Assembly: GCA_963720755.1 (NCBI GenBank)
Contig: CAVRGP010000002.1
Span: forward strand, 192,001-256,000
DNA length: 64,000 bases
DNA from: an uncultured Chloroflexia bacterium
Lineage (GTDB): Bacteria > Chloroflexota > Limnocylindria > Limnocylindrales > CSP1-4
Reading direction: 5' to 3'
Numbering within the stretch: the first letter of the stretch is position 1; every line of letters starts with the position of its first letter. The position numbers and the translations under genes are program-made. Below are positions 1 to 10,068 of this stretch, piece after piece. Under the pieces are notes generated by a model. The model worked only from the letters and a program-made list of their open reading frames with translations. It was not told where the DNA came from and ran no database searches.

Positions 1-449
1 TGCTGCTCACCGCCGGACAGCGTCCCACCCTTCTGGCCGGACCGCTCATCCAGTCGCGGGAACAGTCCGAAGACATGCTCGATGTTCTTGGCCACATCCT
101 TGCTGGACTGCGTGTAGCCGCCCATCTGGAGGTTCTCCAGGACGGTCAGCCGGGAGAAGATCCGGCGACCCTCCGGCGCGTGCGAGATCCCGTCGCGAAC
201 CAGGACATGGGGGGCCGTCTTCGAGACGTCCTTGCCCTGGAAATGGACGCTGCCCGAGCGCGGATGGAGAAGCCCGCTGATCGTCTTGAGGGTGGTCGTC
301 TTGCCGGCACCGTTCGATCCGATCAGGGTCACGATCTCGCCGTCGCGGACCACGACGTCGATCCCCTGCAAGGCATGGATCTTGCCGTAGTAGGTCTGGA
401 CGTCGCGCAATTCGAGAACGACATCGCCGATCGTCCGTTCAGCGGTCAC
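1..449 (-). CDS. livF: Branched-chain amino acid ABC transporter ATP-binding subunit (3' end outside window)
   Basis: Manual translation from GTG at 449 (GTGA overlap with livG stop): VLELRDVQTYYGKIHALQGID...GSNGAGKTT...PEGRRIF...GGTLSGGEQ. Confidence 0.9.
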   Translation of the reverse strand, partial: MTAERTIGDVVLELRDVQTYYGKIHALQGIDVVVRDGEIVTLIGSNGAGKTTTLKTISGLLHPRSGSVHFQGKDVSKTAPHVLVRDGISHAPEGRRIFSRLTVLENLQMGGYTQSSKDVAKNIEHVFGLFPRLDERSGQKGGTLSGGEQ

Positions 450-1489
450 GACGCACCCGTCCCGAGATAGGCCTCGATGACCCGCGGGTCGCGACGGACT
501 TCCTCGGGGCTGCCCTCGGAGATCCGTTCTCCGTGATCCATTACGAGGATGTGATCGCTGATGCCCATGACCACCCGCATGTCGTGTTCGATGAGCAGGA
601 TGCTGAGACCCATGTCGCGACGGAGGCGACCGATCAATTCGGTCATCTCGCCGGTCTCGTTCGGGTTCATGCCTGCGGTCGGCTCATCGAGCAGGAGCAG
701 CGCAGGCTTGTTGCCGAGGGCGCGCGCGAGCTCGAGACGGCGCTGGTCGCCGTAGGGGAGGTTCTTGGCCAATTCATTCTCGCGTCCGGCAAGGCCCACC
801 AGCGCAAGCAGCTCGGCGGCTCTCGCGGTCGAGGCATCCTCTTCCCGCTGCTGGCGCCGCGAGGCGAGCACGTGATCGACCATGTTCGAACGCAACTGGA
901 GGTGCATCCCGACCAGGATGTTCTCGAGCACGGTCATGTTCTGGAAGAGGCGGATGTTCTGGAACGTCCGACCCATCCCGGCAGCGACGACGTCGTTCGG
1001 TCGGGCACTGCGCAGGATCCCGAGCCGGTCGAGCAGGCCCACGTACCAGCCCGGCCGGATCGTGGCCACCACGAGCGTCGCCACCAACGCCCCGACGACC
1101 GCCGAGGCGGTCAGGACCAGGCCGTCCTCACCGGAATCGCCGGCGCCCAGCGCGAGCGCGAGCGCGGCGACGAGGATCGCCGGCACGATCCACAGAACGG
1201 ATTCGAGCCAGACGCGGCGGGGCCGGCTGATGAGGGTCTGGCCCTTGAACGAGACCGTTCCGGCCGTCGGGTCGATGATCCCGGCGATGACATTGAAGAA
1301 AGTCGTCTTGCCGGCGCCGTTCGGGCCGATGATGCTGACGATCCCGCCTTCGGGGATGTCGAGATTGACATCGCGGACGGCGACCAGCCCGCCGAACTGC
1401 TTCGTCACTGCCCGGGCCTCGAGGATCGGCGCGCCGGTCGTCGTCGGCTGGTCGACAGGGGTGGCCCCAGGGACCTTCGTCTCACTCAT
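446..1489 (-). CDS. livG: Branched-chain amino acid ABC transporter ATP-binding subunit with hydrophobic insertion
   Basis: GPNGAGKTT, RTFQNIRLF, LPYGDQRRLE, LLLDEP, VIEAYLG. Confidence 0.92.
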   Translation of the reverse strand: MSETKVPGATPVDQPTTTGAPILEARAVTKQFGGLVAVRDVNLDIPEGGIVSIIGPNGAGKTTFFNVIAGIIDPTAGTVSFKGQTLISRPRRVWLESVLWIVPAILVAALALALGAGDSGEDGLVLTASAVVGALVATLVVATIRPGWYVGLLDRLGILRSARPNDVVAAGMGRTFQNIRLFQNMTVLENILVGMHLQLRSNMVDHVLASRRQQREEDASTARAAELLALVGLAGRENELAKNLPYGDQRRLELARALGNKPALLLLDEPTAGMNPNETGEMTELIGRLRRDMGLSILLIEHDMRVVMGISDHILVMDHGERISEGSPEEVRRDPRVIEAYLGTGAS

Positions 1490-2652
1490 TCCGGATCCGC
1501 GCCCATCACGTCGCCTTGCTCGCCGAACGCCGCATCTTCCTCGGTATGCAGCTCGCGTTTGCGGCGTTGACTCGGGAAGAGTCCTTCCGGTCGCAACAGC
1601 ATCATCGCGACCAGGGCGATGCCATAGAGCAGGAACTGGTACTGGAGGAAGTCCACGTCGCTCAGGATCGGGACGTGGACGTTGTCGAAGAAGATGTTCA
1701 TCTGCTTGAGCAGGACGCTCTGGATCATGAAGATGATGAACGCCCCGACCGCGACGCCCCAGATGTTGCCCATCCCGCCGAGGACGACCATGGCCAGGAC
1801 GGTGAACGAGACGTCGAAGCGGAACAGGTTCGGGGTGACCGTCTGCAGCTTGGCGGCGAGGAAGACCCCGGCCAGCCCCGCGGTCGACGCACCCAAGGCG
1901 AAGGCGAGCAGCTTGGTGGTCACCGTGTTGATGCCGTTGGCCGACGCCGCCAGCTCATCCTCCCGGATCGCCATCCAGGATCGACCGAGACGGGAATCCT
2001 GGAGCCGATAGATGAGGATCATCGAGATGATGATCAGACCCAGCATCACCAGGTAGTACGGCCATGGGTTCCCGGTGGTCGGGAAGACGAAGTCGCCGAT
2101 GCTCGGGGCGGTGATGCCGCCGATGCCGTTCGGCCCCTCCGTGTAGTTGCTCAGGTTCAGGATCGTGATCGGGACGATCTCGCCGAAACCAAGGGTGACG
2201 ATGGCGAGATAGTCGCCGCGGAGGCGCAACGTCGGCGCTCCGAGCATGATCCCGAAGACCGCAGCGATCACCGCACCGACGATCAACATCGGCCAGAACG
2301 AGACCTGGACCCCGCTGAACGGTGAGGCCGCGAGGGCGTACGTGTAGGCGCCGATCGCGAAGAACGCGGCATAGCCGAGGTCGAGCAACCCGGACATGCC
2401 GACCACGATGTTCAGACCGAGGGCAAGGAGGATATAGATCCCCGCGATCGTGAAGCCGTCCATCCAGACGCCCTGACCGCTGAAGCTGTTGAACGGCGGG
2501 AACAGGACGATGACCGGCAGCGCCAGGGCGAATGCCCCGACGCCCAAGAACACGCTGGCCGACCGATGGCGGTCGCTGAACGTGCGGATCCGATCGCGCA
2601 GTCCGCTCGGACGGCGCGTCGATGGCGCGGGTGCCGCGACGTTGGTCGTCAT
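1486..2652 (-). CDS. livM: Branched-chain amino acid ABC permease
   Basis: LGLNIVVG.GLLDLGYAAF, LRLRGDYLAIVTLGFGEI, multiple TM segments. Confidence 0.93.
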   Translation of the reverse strand: MTTNVAAPAPSTRRPSGLRDRIRTFSDRHRSASVFLGVGAFALALPVIVLFPPFNSFSGQGVWMDGFTIAGIYILLALGLNIVVGMSGLLDLGYAAFFAIGAYTYALAASPFSGVQVSFWPMLIVGAVIAAVFGIMLGAPTLRLRGDYLAIVTLGFGEIVPITILNLSNYTEGPNGIGGITAPSIGDFVFPTTGNPWPYYLVMLGLIIISMILIYRLQDSRLGRSWMAIREDELAASANGINTVTTKLLAFALGASTAGLAGVFLAAKLQTVTPNLFRFDVSFTVLAMVVLGGMGNIWGVAVGAFIIFMIQSVLLKQMNIFFDNVHVPILSDVDFLQYQFLLYGIALVAMMLLRPEGLFPSQRRKRELHTEEDAAFGEQGDVMGADPE

Positions 2653-3680
2653 GCTCGCTCACCGAGTTGCTGGCCGAACAGACCGGCAGGCCGGAACACC
2701 AGGGTGATGATCAGGATCATGAAGACCGCGGCCTGGGCCCACACGAAGTAGCCGAAGTTGGCCGCCGTGACTTCGACGAACCCGATCATGAACCCGCCGA
2801 TCGCCGCGCCCGTGATGTTGCCGATCCCGCCGAGCACCGCGGCCGTGAAGGCCTTGAGGCCGGATTGGAACCCGAGCGATGAGGTGATGTTGCCGAAGTA
2901 CAGCCCCTGGACGACGCCCGCGGCGCCCGCAAGCGCCGACCCGATCAGGAAGGTGACAGCGATCGTCCGGTTGATGTCGACCCCCATCAGCGAGGCCGCC
3001 TCCCGGTCGGACGCCGTGGAGCGCATCGCGCGTCCGATCTTGGTGCGCGACACGAACAGCTGCAGCCCGATCATCAGGGCGAGGGCGGTGACGATGATGA
3101 AGACGTTGACCCAGCCGATGGTGATCCCGCCAACGTCGATCCTGGCCGTCGGGGGGATGATCTGGGGGGTATTGATCGGCGACGGCCCGTAGATCAGCTG
3201 GACGATGTTCTGCAGGATGAACGAGATGCCGATGGCGGTGATCAACGGGGCCAGGCGCGGTGCGTTGCGCAGGGGACGATAGGCGAACCGCTCGATGAAC
3301 ACTCCGAGCAATCCGACGACCGTCATCGTCAAAACGAAGGTGACCGTCAGTTGGAAGATCATCGTTGGCAGATCGGGCGCCGGTCCGGTCGCGCCAAGGA
3401 TGTTGGTGAGAACGAACAATGAGACGAACGAGCCGACCATGAACACGTCGCCGTGGGCGAAGTTGATGAGCTCGATGATGCCGTAGACCATCGTGTAGCC
3501 GAGGGCCACCAGGGCATAGATGGCGCCGATGGTCAGCGCGTTGACGAACTGCTTCGGACCCAGGATGAAGTACATCAGGATCGTCAGCGCGATGATGAAC
3601 GCGTACGGTCCGGCGCCGCTTCGTTGGGCGACCATGAACGGGTTGGGTCGCGCCTGGGCTTTAACCGTGGAGCTCGTCAT
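2649..3680 (-). CDS. livH: Branched-chain amino acid ABC permease
   Basis: YALVALGYTMVYGIIELINFAHG, GLKAFTAAVLGGIG. Confidence 0.93.
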   Translation of the reverse strand: MTSSTVKAQARPNPFMVAQRSGAGPYAFIIALTILMYFILGPKQFVNALTIGAIYALVALGYTMVYGIIELINFAHGDVFMVGSFVSLFVLTNILGATGPAPDLPTMIFQLTVTFVLTMTVVGLLGVFIERFAYRPLRNAPRLAPLITAIGISFILQNIVQLIYGPSPINTPQIIPPTARIDVGGITIGWVNVFIIVTALALMIGLQLFVSRTKIGRAMRSTASDREAASLMGVDINRTIAVTFLIGSALAGAAGVVQGLYFGNITSSLGFQSGLKAFTAAVLGGIGNITGAAIGGFMIGFVEVTAANFGYFVWAQAAVFMILIITLVFRPAGLFGQQLGERA

Positions 3681-3718
3681 GGGGACTCCCAGCGGGCTGG
3701 ATCCGGCGGCGATTCAGA

Positions 3719-3749
3719 ACGACCGGAGAGCGAGTTGCTCCCCGGTCGT
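3719..3749 (-). terminator. Intergenic stem-loop after the substrate-binding protein gene (mRNA stabiliser or partial terminator)
   Basis: 13-bp stem ACGACCGGGGAGC/GCTCTCCGGTCGT on the minus strand with one G-U pair. Confidence 0.55.
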
Positions 3750-3763
3750 CCCGTTGGTTCGGG

Positions 3764-5089
3764 TTACTGCCCGAAGGACTGCTGCTCCTTGAAGACCCAG
3801 TCGGCGCCGCCGGTGGCATTCACGTCGACGTCGTAGAAGGAGATGAACGGCGACGTGGTGTCACCATTCTGGTCGAACGAGATCGGCCCGAGGACCGTGT
3901 CGAACGAGTTGGCCGGGTCGCTCGCATAGGCGCGGACGCCCTCTCGGATCGCGGCCATGTCGGACGCTCCGCCATCGAGGGCTGCCTTGAGCGAGTCGAG
4001 CAGCACCACGGCGCAGGCGTTCGCCGGCCCCGAGTAGGCGCCCGGAGTCTTGAAGTCCGAGTCGTTCTTGAAGTGCTCGATGTAGGCCGCATCGAAGTCG
4101 GCCTTGCCCGGGAAGTCGCCGATGGCGGCGATGGTGCCGTAGGAATTCGCGGCCGCGTCGGCGCCGGCGATCTTGATCAGCGAACCGTCGTCATTGACGC
4201 TGCCGTTGACGATGCCGTCCGGGCCGGTGAACGGCACGGCCAGACCGGCCTGACGGAGCTGCTTGAGGAACAGGCCCGCGCCGGAGGTGACGACGCCGCC
4301 GTAGTAGACGCCGTCCGGTGGGTTCGAGGTCACCGCCTGGCTGCTGATGATCCCGTTGAAGTCGGTCGTGTCGGCCGGTGCGCCCTGGCGCAGGACGACC
4401 TTGCCGCCGAGCTCCTCGAACTTCGCCTGGAAGGCGTCGGCGACGCCCTTGCCGAAGGTCGTCACGTCATCGACGATCAGGAGGTTCCGGAGGCCCAGGG
4501 TGTTGTAGTCGTAGACCGCCATGGCCGGGCCCTGGAGGCTATCGGTGGCGGCCACGCGGATGTAGTTGATCCGCTCCGGGAAGTCCTTGCGGAGATCCAG
4601 GGCACCCTCTTCAGGTTTGGTCAGGCCGGTATTCGTGTTGGCCGGGCTGCACTGGGCAAGACCCGCGGAGTTGCTGATCGGGATCTGGACCTTCGCGACC
4701 GCGGAGTTGTACGGGCCGACGACGCCGAACACCGCGGTGTCAGCGACGAAGGTCTGCATGTCCTGGGCGGCCTGCTGCTCGTTGTACTTGCCGTTGACAG
4801 CATGGTCGAGCGGGAACAGCTTGATGGTGTACCCGCCGATGCCACCGGCTTCGTTGGCCTGGTCGACGGCCAGCTGCGCGCCCTTGAGCGTGGGCTGGCC
4901 GTCGGCCGCCGCACCACCCGACAGGGGCAGCGAGACGCCGAGCTTCAGCTCACCCATGGATGCGGGTGCGGACGGTGCGCCACTGGCGCCGCCAGCCGCG
5001 CTCGGGGCGGTCGTCGCCCCGCTCGAACTGCACGCCGCAAGGGCCAGCACGCTGACCCCCGCGAGCGCACCGATCTTGTGCAATCTCAT
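3764..5089 (-). CDS. livK: Branched-chain amino acid ABC substrate-binding lipoprotein
   Basis: Start MRLHKIG after GGAGGAG RBS; lipobox LAAC; Leu/Ile/Val-binding family motifs (GPYNS, SPANT, G.ISFDQNGD). Confidence 0.88.
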   Translation of the reverse strand: MRLHKIGALAGVSVLALAACSSSGATTAPSAAGGASGAPSAPASMGELKLGVSLPLSGGAAADGQPTLKGAQLAVDQANEAGGIGGYTIKLFPLDHAVNGKYNEQQAAQDMQTFVADTAVFGVVGPYNSAVAKVQIPISNSAGLAQCSPANTNTGLTKPEEGALDLRKDFPERINYIRVAATDSLQGPAMAVYDYNTLGLRNLLIVDDVTTFGKGVADAFQAKFEELGGKVVLRQGAPADTTDFNGIISSQAVTSNPPDGVYYGGVVTSGAGLFLKQLRQAGLAVPFTGPDGIVNGSVNDDGSLIKIAGADAAANSYGTIAAIGDFPGKADFDAAYIEHFKNDSDFKTPGAYSGPANACAVVLLDSLKAALDGGASDMAAIREGVRAYASDPANSFDTVLGPISFDQNGDTTSPFISFYDVDVNATGGADWVFKEQQSFGQ

Positions 5090-5286
5090 TCGGTTCTCCT
5101 CCAAGTTGCCGGTCGAACCCGACTGGCACGATCCGGACATGGATCCCACCCGTCGTTCGAGTGCCCTTCGCCCGTCGACGCCGACCCTCCCCCGGGAAGC
5201 GATCGCAGGCCATGGTGCACGCTCGGATGACCGCAGCTGGATCCCGCATCCGGACGGCGCACAAGTGGCCGCCGAAGCGATGCCGT

Positions 5287-5314
5287 ATATTACCCTTCGG
5301 CGTCCCGAATGCAA
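5287..5314 (-). promoter_or_regulatory. Putative sigma70-type promoter for the liv operon
   Basis: Minus strand TTGCAT-16 bp-TAATAT in an AT-richer patch. Confidence 0.4.
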
Positions 5315-5457
5315 GACCGGTCGGCCGCACCCTAGAGACGCGTCGCAAGCGAACGAACGCTCGGCGCGGAAGGGCGGATCGCGGGCCTCGGCCTTGCCTC
5401 GCTCGAACCCGATCGAGGTAGATGGACGCCTGACCCTGCGAGGTTGGACCCGTCGGC

Positions 5458-5922
5458 GTGGAGTATCTGGTCCGAGCAGCCCGTGTCACCGACATCGACC
5501 GAGTCGTCGCCCTGAGCGACACATCGGTGCAGACGGCCGGTGGCGAGAGCCCGCTCGAGGCCGCGGATCTGATGCGCCAGTTGGTCTACCTGCCGCAGGC
5601 GAGCATCATCGTCGCCGAGGCACAGCGCGTCGTCGTCGGCTGCGCGATCCTCGCGCTCCGACCGTCCGTCAAGGCCGGTGGGTATGTCGGCACGGTCGAC
5701 CTCCTCGTCGTGGACCCGGGCCACGACGCCGACCGGATCACCGCCGCGCTCCTGGAGGAGCTCGTCAGGTCTGCAAGCAACAAGGGGTGTACCGTCGTCG
5801 AAGCCGATCTGCCTCCGGCAGAAGCCCGCATCCGTTGGCAACGGATGGGTTTCGCCGAGACGGGCCCGCGAATCCAACGGATCGTGGCCGCTGCGGGTTC
5901 CGCCGCGCGCCGCCAGTCATGA
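5458..5922 (+). CDS. GNAT family N-acetyltransferase
   Basis: LVRAARVTD start, LVVDPGH..., LLEELVRSASNKGC, WQRMGF. Confidence 0.75.
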   Translation: MEYLVRAARVTDIDRVVALSDTSVQTAGGESPLEAADLMRQLVYLPQASIIVAEAQRVVVGCAILALRPSVKAGGYVGTVDLLVVDPGHDADRITAALLEELVRSASNKGCTVVEADLPPAEARIRWQRMGFAETGPRIQRIVAAAGSAARRQS

Positions 5923-5985
5923 ACGTCCGGACCGAGCTGCGCCAGTGCGCGCCGGGCGGGCAAATCCCTCAATCAAGGAGCGAAT

Positions 5986-7857
5986 GTGAGTAAGAACGTC
6001 GCCGTCTTCGTTGACGTCGCGAACATCTTCTATGCGGCCAAGGCCGCCGGGGTCGACATCGACTACGTGACCCTGCTCAAGGCGGCGTCGGCTGGTCGAG
6101 ACCTCGTGCGCGCCTATGCCTACACGGGGCTGGACCCGGACAACGAGAACCAGCGCAACTTCCACGACTTCCTGCGCCGCAGCAACTACAAGGTCGTCAG
6201 CAAGGACATCCGCAAATACGGTGACGGCAAGGTCAAGGCGAACCTCGACATCGAACTCGTCGTCGACATGATGAAGACCGCTCGGAACCTGGACATCGCG
6301 ATCGTCGTGTCCGGCGACGGCGACTTCGCGCCGGCCATCCGTGCCGTCCAGGAGCAGGGCGTCCGCGTCGAGGTCATCAGCTTCCGCGGCAATACGAGTT
6401 CGGACCTTATCGAGGTCGCCGACCTGTTCACGGATATCGTCCAACTCGCCCGCGTCGAGAAGGGATCCCGATCCGGACGTCGGGTCGCCGATGACGACGC
6501 CGATCTGTCGATGACCGAGGTTCCCGACAAGCTGACCGAGGGGACCGGGGTCGGTCGTGGTCGAGGTCGCGGTCGTGGTCGTGGCCGCGACGCTGAGCCG
6601 GCCGCTCCTGCGGCCCGAGGACGGAGTCGTGCCCGGAGTGCCGGCGAGGTGCCGGCCGCCGCGGAAGCCCCGGTCGGTCTCGTGGCCCTCCCTGGCGAGC
6701 GCCTGTCTCACGCTGTCGGGACACTCACCGAGGCGGACCTGGCCAGGGCAGAGGTCTTCACCCTGGACGCCGCCGACGACGCCGTCACCGACGCGATCGA
6801 TGAACTCGATGAGCGAGGTCGCGACGAGGGTCCGCTCGAGGATGGGGCCGAACCCCGCCGACGGCGCCGACGTGGCGGTCGTGGACGTGGCCGTGGTCGC
6901 GGACGTGACGAGGACGCTCCGATCGATGCCGACGCCGCAGCGCCGACCCCGGCACCGCGGCCAGCGGCGCCAGCCGTGGACCGGATCCAGGACGAGGACG
7001 TCGACGAGCGGCCCGCTGCCCGGAGTCCCAAGGCCACGCCGTTCGGCTCCGTCTGGGATTCGCAACTCGGGACACCGACTGCATCGGCGGCTGCCTCCAC
7101 TGCCCCGATCCTCGATGACGAGGACTTCGACGAGCCGGAGATCCCGGAATACCTGATCGCCGAGCAGCGTCGCGGCGCCAACCGTGGCGGATCCGGAGGC
7201 GGACGGGGAGCTCGCGGTGGACGCTCCGCCTACCAATCTGCGATGGAGCGAGAGCGGTACGGGCGCGGCGGTGGGGGTGGCGGGATCAACCGCTACCCCG
7301 ACGTGAGTGGTCGGACGGCATCAACGGGACCGGCTCGAGACGACCGATCTCGCGGCCGCAGCACCCAGCAGGAGCCGTCACGGGCGCCCCGCGATCCGAA
7401 CGAGCCGTGGAGCGATGTCCCACCGGAGCTCGAGGCCATGCTCCGGGCGCAGGTCGCCCAGAAACCGGCCCCGAGTCGTCATCCGGTCGACACCGGTGCT
7501 GCAGCCGCTCAGGTCGTTGACGGGTCGGAGGACGTGACCACCGCCCCGAAGCCGCGATCGACGCGTAAGCCGGCCGCCGCCAAGCCGGCCGCCGCCAAAC
7601 CGGCCTCGACCAAGGCGCCGACCAAGCCGCGAGCCAGTCGTGCGTCGGCCAAGCCGGTCGCCGAGGTGGCCGTGGAGCCGGCCGACGCAGGAACCGGGAC
7701 CGCGACGGCGGCACCGAAGCCGAGGGCTGCGCGAAAGCCCAAGGCAGCGGCAGCGTCCGACGCTCCGGTTTCGACCAACGAGACCGGGGAGGCGGCGCCA
7801 AAGGCACCGGCCAAGCGCCGGACGACGCGCAAGGCGGCCCCCGCCGAGACCGACTGA
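5986..7857 (+). CDS. NYN (LabA/DUF88, PIN-like) domain protein with long low-complexity C-terminus
   Basis: VFVDVANIFY, KANLDIELVVD, VSGDGDFAP, SSDLIEVADLF; tail rich in RG, acidic and AKP repeats; AAGGAG RBS. Confidence 0.85.
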   Translation: MSKNVAVFVDVANIFYAAKAAGVDIDYVTLLKAASAGRDLVRAYAYTGLDPDNENQRNFHDFLRRSNYKVVSKDIRKYGDGKVKANLDIELVVDMMKTARNLDIAIVVSGDGDFAPAIRAVQEQGVRVEVISFRGNTSSDLIEVADLFTDIVQLARVEKGSRSGRRVADDDADLSMTEVPDKLTEGTGVGRGRGRGRGRGRDAEPAAPAARGRSRARSAGEVPAAAEAPVGLVALPGERLSHAVGTLTEADLARAEVFTLDAADDAVTDAIDELDERGRDEGPLEDGAEPRRRRRRGGRGRGRGRGRDEDAPIDADAAAPTPAPRPAAPAVDRIQDEDVDERPAARSPKATPFGSVWDSQLGTPTASAAASTAPILDDEDFDEPEIPEYLIAEQRRGANRGGSGGGRGARGGRSAYQSAMERERYGRGGGGGGINRYPDVSGRTASTGPARDDRSRGRSTQQEPSRAPRDPNEPWSDVPPELEAMLRAQVAQKPAPSRHPVDTGAAAAQVVDGSEDVTTAPKPRSTRKPAAAKPAAAKPASTKAPTKPRASRASAKPVAEVAVEPADAGTGTATAAPKPRAARKPKAAAASDAPVSTNETGEAAPKAPAKRRTTRKAAPAETD

Positions 7858-7866
7858 CCCTCGCCG

Positions 7867-9066
7867 ATGGAGGGCGCCAGGACCCGCGGGCAGCCGGTCG
7901 CGCTTCGCGCGGTGACCTCGATGATCCGCGGTTCGGGACCGCATGCGGTGATGCTCGTCGGACCCGAAGGGATCGGGAAGACGACCCTCGCGCTCGATCT
8001 CGCCGCCGGTCTGCTGTGCACCGCGGACCACGCCGACCGGCCGTGCCGCCAGTGTCGAGCCTGCCGGCTGGTCGACCACGGGAGGCACCCCGACGTCCAC
8101 CGACTCGGACCGGTCGGTCCCGGTCGGCAAGTCGTGATCGGCGGTCCTGACGCGAGGTCCCGCGGGGTCAAGGATCTGATCGCCGACCTGACCCTCATGC
8201 CGGTGGAGGGTGGCGCCCGGGTCGCCATCATCGAAGCCGCGGACCGGATGAATGAGGACGCGCAGTCGGCCCTGCTCAAGACGCTCGAAGAGCCGCCGTC
8301 CGGTGTCACCATCGTCCTCTGCGCAGATCAGGAGGCGCGCCTGCTTCCGACGGTACGGTCCCGCTGCGCCCGCGTCAGGCTCGGGCTGGTCGGACCGCGG
8401 GACATCGAGGCGATCCTGGCCGATCACGGGTTGGCCGACCCACCGACCGCCGCCCGGCTCGGTCGCCTGGCCGGCGGCCGGCCAGGGATGGCGCTGGCCT
8501 ATGCCCGGGCGCCGGAGGCCGTGCTGATCCGGGCGGAACTGGCCAGGCTTCTGCTCGACCTCACCGATGCCGGCGCGGCGGTTCGCCTGGCGGCCGCCCG
8601 AGCGGCCGTACCCCGAGCCATCAGCCTGGTGATGGCGCTCGATGCTCCCGATCCGGCGGCGGGACCGGACGCTCCAGCTCCGCGTCGGCGCGGTGGCCGG
8701 GCGGTCGCGGCCGACGCGGATCGTGACGACACGGACGAGGCAAGTCCCGACGACGTCGATGGTGGCGTGACCAGGGTGCGCACCCCGGCGATCGAACGCC
8801 GACGGGGCGTCGAGATGCTCCTGGGCCTGTGGGCGGACGTGGCGCGCGACCTTCACCTGATCGCGGCCGGAGCCACCCGCTCGATCCACGACACGGTCCT
8901 CATCGACGAGCTCGCCGCGATCGCCGCGACGGTGGACGATGCGAGCGTCGTCAGCTTCCTGGGTCGGGCCGCCCGATCGGCCGAGTGGCTGGCCGGTAAC
9001 GTCTCGCCGGAACTCGTCCTCGACTCGCTCGTCCTTGCCTGGCCGCGTCGAGTGGCCGCCGCGTGA
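7867..9066 (+). CDS. holB: DNA polymerase III delta' subunit
   Basis: GPEGIGKTT, C..C..C zinc motif, HPDV, ADRMNEDAQSALLKTLEEPP, LLPTVRSRC. Confidence 0.9.
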   Translation: MEGARTRGQPVALRAVTSMIRGSGPHAVMLVGPEGIGKTTLALDLAAGLLCTADHADRPCRQCRACRLVDHGRHPDVHRLGPVGPGRQVVIGGPDARSRGVKDLIADLTLMPVEGGARVAIIEAADRMNEDAQSALLKTLEEPPSGVTIVLCADQEARLLPTVRSRCARVRLGLVGPRDIEAILADHGLADPPTAARLGRLAGGRPGMALAYARAPEAVLIRAELARLLLDLTDAGAAVRLAAARAAVPRAISLVMALDAPDPAAGPDAPAPRRRGGRAVAADADRDDTDEASPDDVDGGVTRVRTPAIERRRGVEMLLGLWADVARDLHLIAAGATRSIHDTVLIDELAAIAATVDDASVVSFLGRAARSAEWLAGNVSPELVLDSLVLAWPRRVAAA

Positions 9067-9073
9067 TCCGGTC

Positions 9074-9382
9074 GTGTCCGCCGATCTGAGCATCCGGCGG
9101 GTGGACGCGGTGGTGGCCGGTCGAGTCCAGGGGGTGGGCTTCCGCTACTTCGTCCTGCGCGAGGCCACAGCATTGGGGCTCACCGGCTGGGTGGCCAATA
9201 CGTCGGACGGCGCGGTGCGCTGCGTCGCCGAAGGCCCCGAACCCGAACTCCGATCCCTCGTGACCAGGCTCCACGAGGGCCCGCCGGCGGCGGGAGTCGA
9301 TGGTGTCAGCGTGGCCTGGATGCCGGCGACCGGATCGCTCGGGACGTTCAGCGTGCGAAGCGGCGGGCACCTGGGCGATTGA
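9074..9382 (+). CDS. acyP: Acylphosphatase
   Basis: GRVQGVGFRY, GLTGWVAN, GPPAA. Confidence 0.92.
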   Translation: MSADLSIRRVDAVVAGRVQGVGFRYFVLREATALGLTGWVANTSDGAVRCVAEGPEPELRSLVTRLHEGPPAAGVDGVSVAWMPATGSLGTFSVRSGGHLGD

Positions 9383-9472
9383 CCTTCGCCAGATGCGGTC
9401 GGACCTTCGGCGGTCGTGCCGGGAACGGGTGGGCTATTCCAGCCCGACCGCCTTGACGTCATCCTTGGGACG

Positions 9473-9730
9473 ATGGAGCCGAATACCGCTGCCACGAAAC
9501 TTCCGGGGCTCTACCGCGACGTCCTCGATCGCGTCGGTGAGCTGTCGGCGTCCGGTCACCGCGACCATGCCAACCAGGTCCGGGCCGAGGCGGTGAAGAT
9601 CTACTCACGCGCGTGGGACGAGCGTGCCCGGCGTGAGCTCCAGGCCCTGCTGGATCGGAACCTGGACGTGGTGGCAAGCCACCCCGTACCCGATCACGGC
9701 CTGCTGCGGCGGTTCATCCGCGCGACCTGA
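9473..9730 (+). CDS. Hypothetical protein
   Basis: Helical ORF with GC3-biased codons, operon position. Confidence 0.6.
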   Translation: MEPNTAATKLPGLYRDVLDRVGELSASGHRDHANQVRAEAVKIYSRAWDERARRELQALLDRNLDVVASHPVPDHGLLRRFIRAT

Positions 9731-9765
9731 ATATCGGGGTTCCGCCGGGAGCGTAGGCTAGTCGC

Positions 9766-10068
9766 GTGGCTGGCGAGACGTACGGCGAACTGATCGAGCG
9801 GGCCCTTGTCGCATATACGGAGCTCGCCGAGCTCGGCGAGACGGTCGAGGACGAGTGGTCGTACGTGAACGACCTGGCCGACGCCTGGCGAACCCGCCTG
9901 GACATCCTGATCGAGCATCGCGGCCACGCCGACGCTCTCGATGAAGCCAGCGAAGCCACGGATCGGGCGATCGAGGAGATCGGTCGGATCGACGACCCGC
10001 ACCGAGCGATCGATTGGTTGTCGACGTTCCCGCAGGTCCTGCTCATCGCTCTCGGGGAGCGGCCGTGA
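9766..10068 (+). CDS. Hypothetical acidic protein
   Basis: GC3 bias; GTGA overlap with the next gene. Confidence 0.7.
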   Translation: MAGETYGELIERALVAYTELAELGETVEDEWSYVNDLADAWRTRLDILIEHRGHADALDEASEATDRAIEEIGRIDDPHRAIDWLSTFPQVLLIALGERP

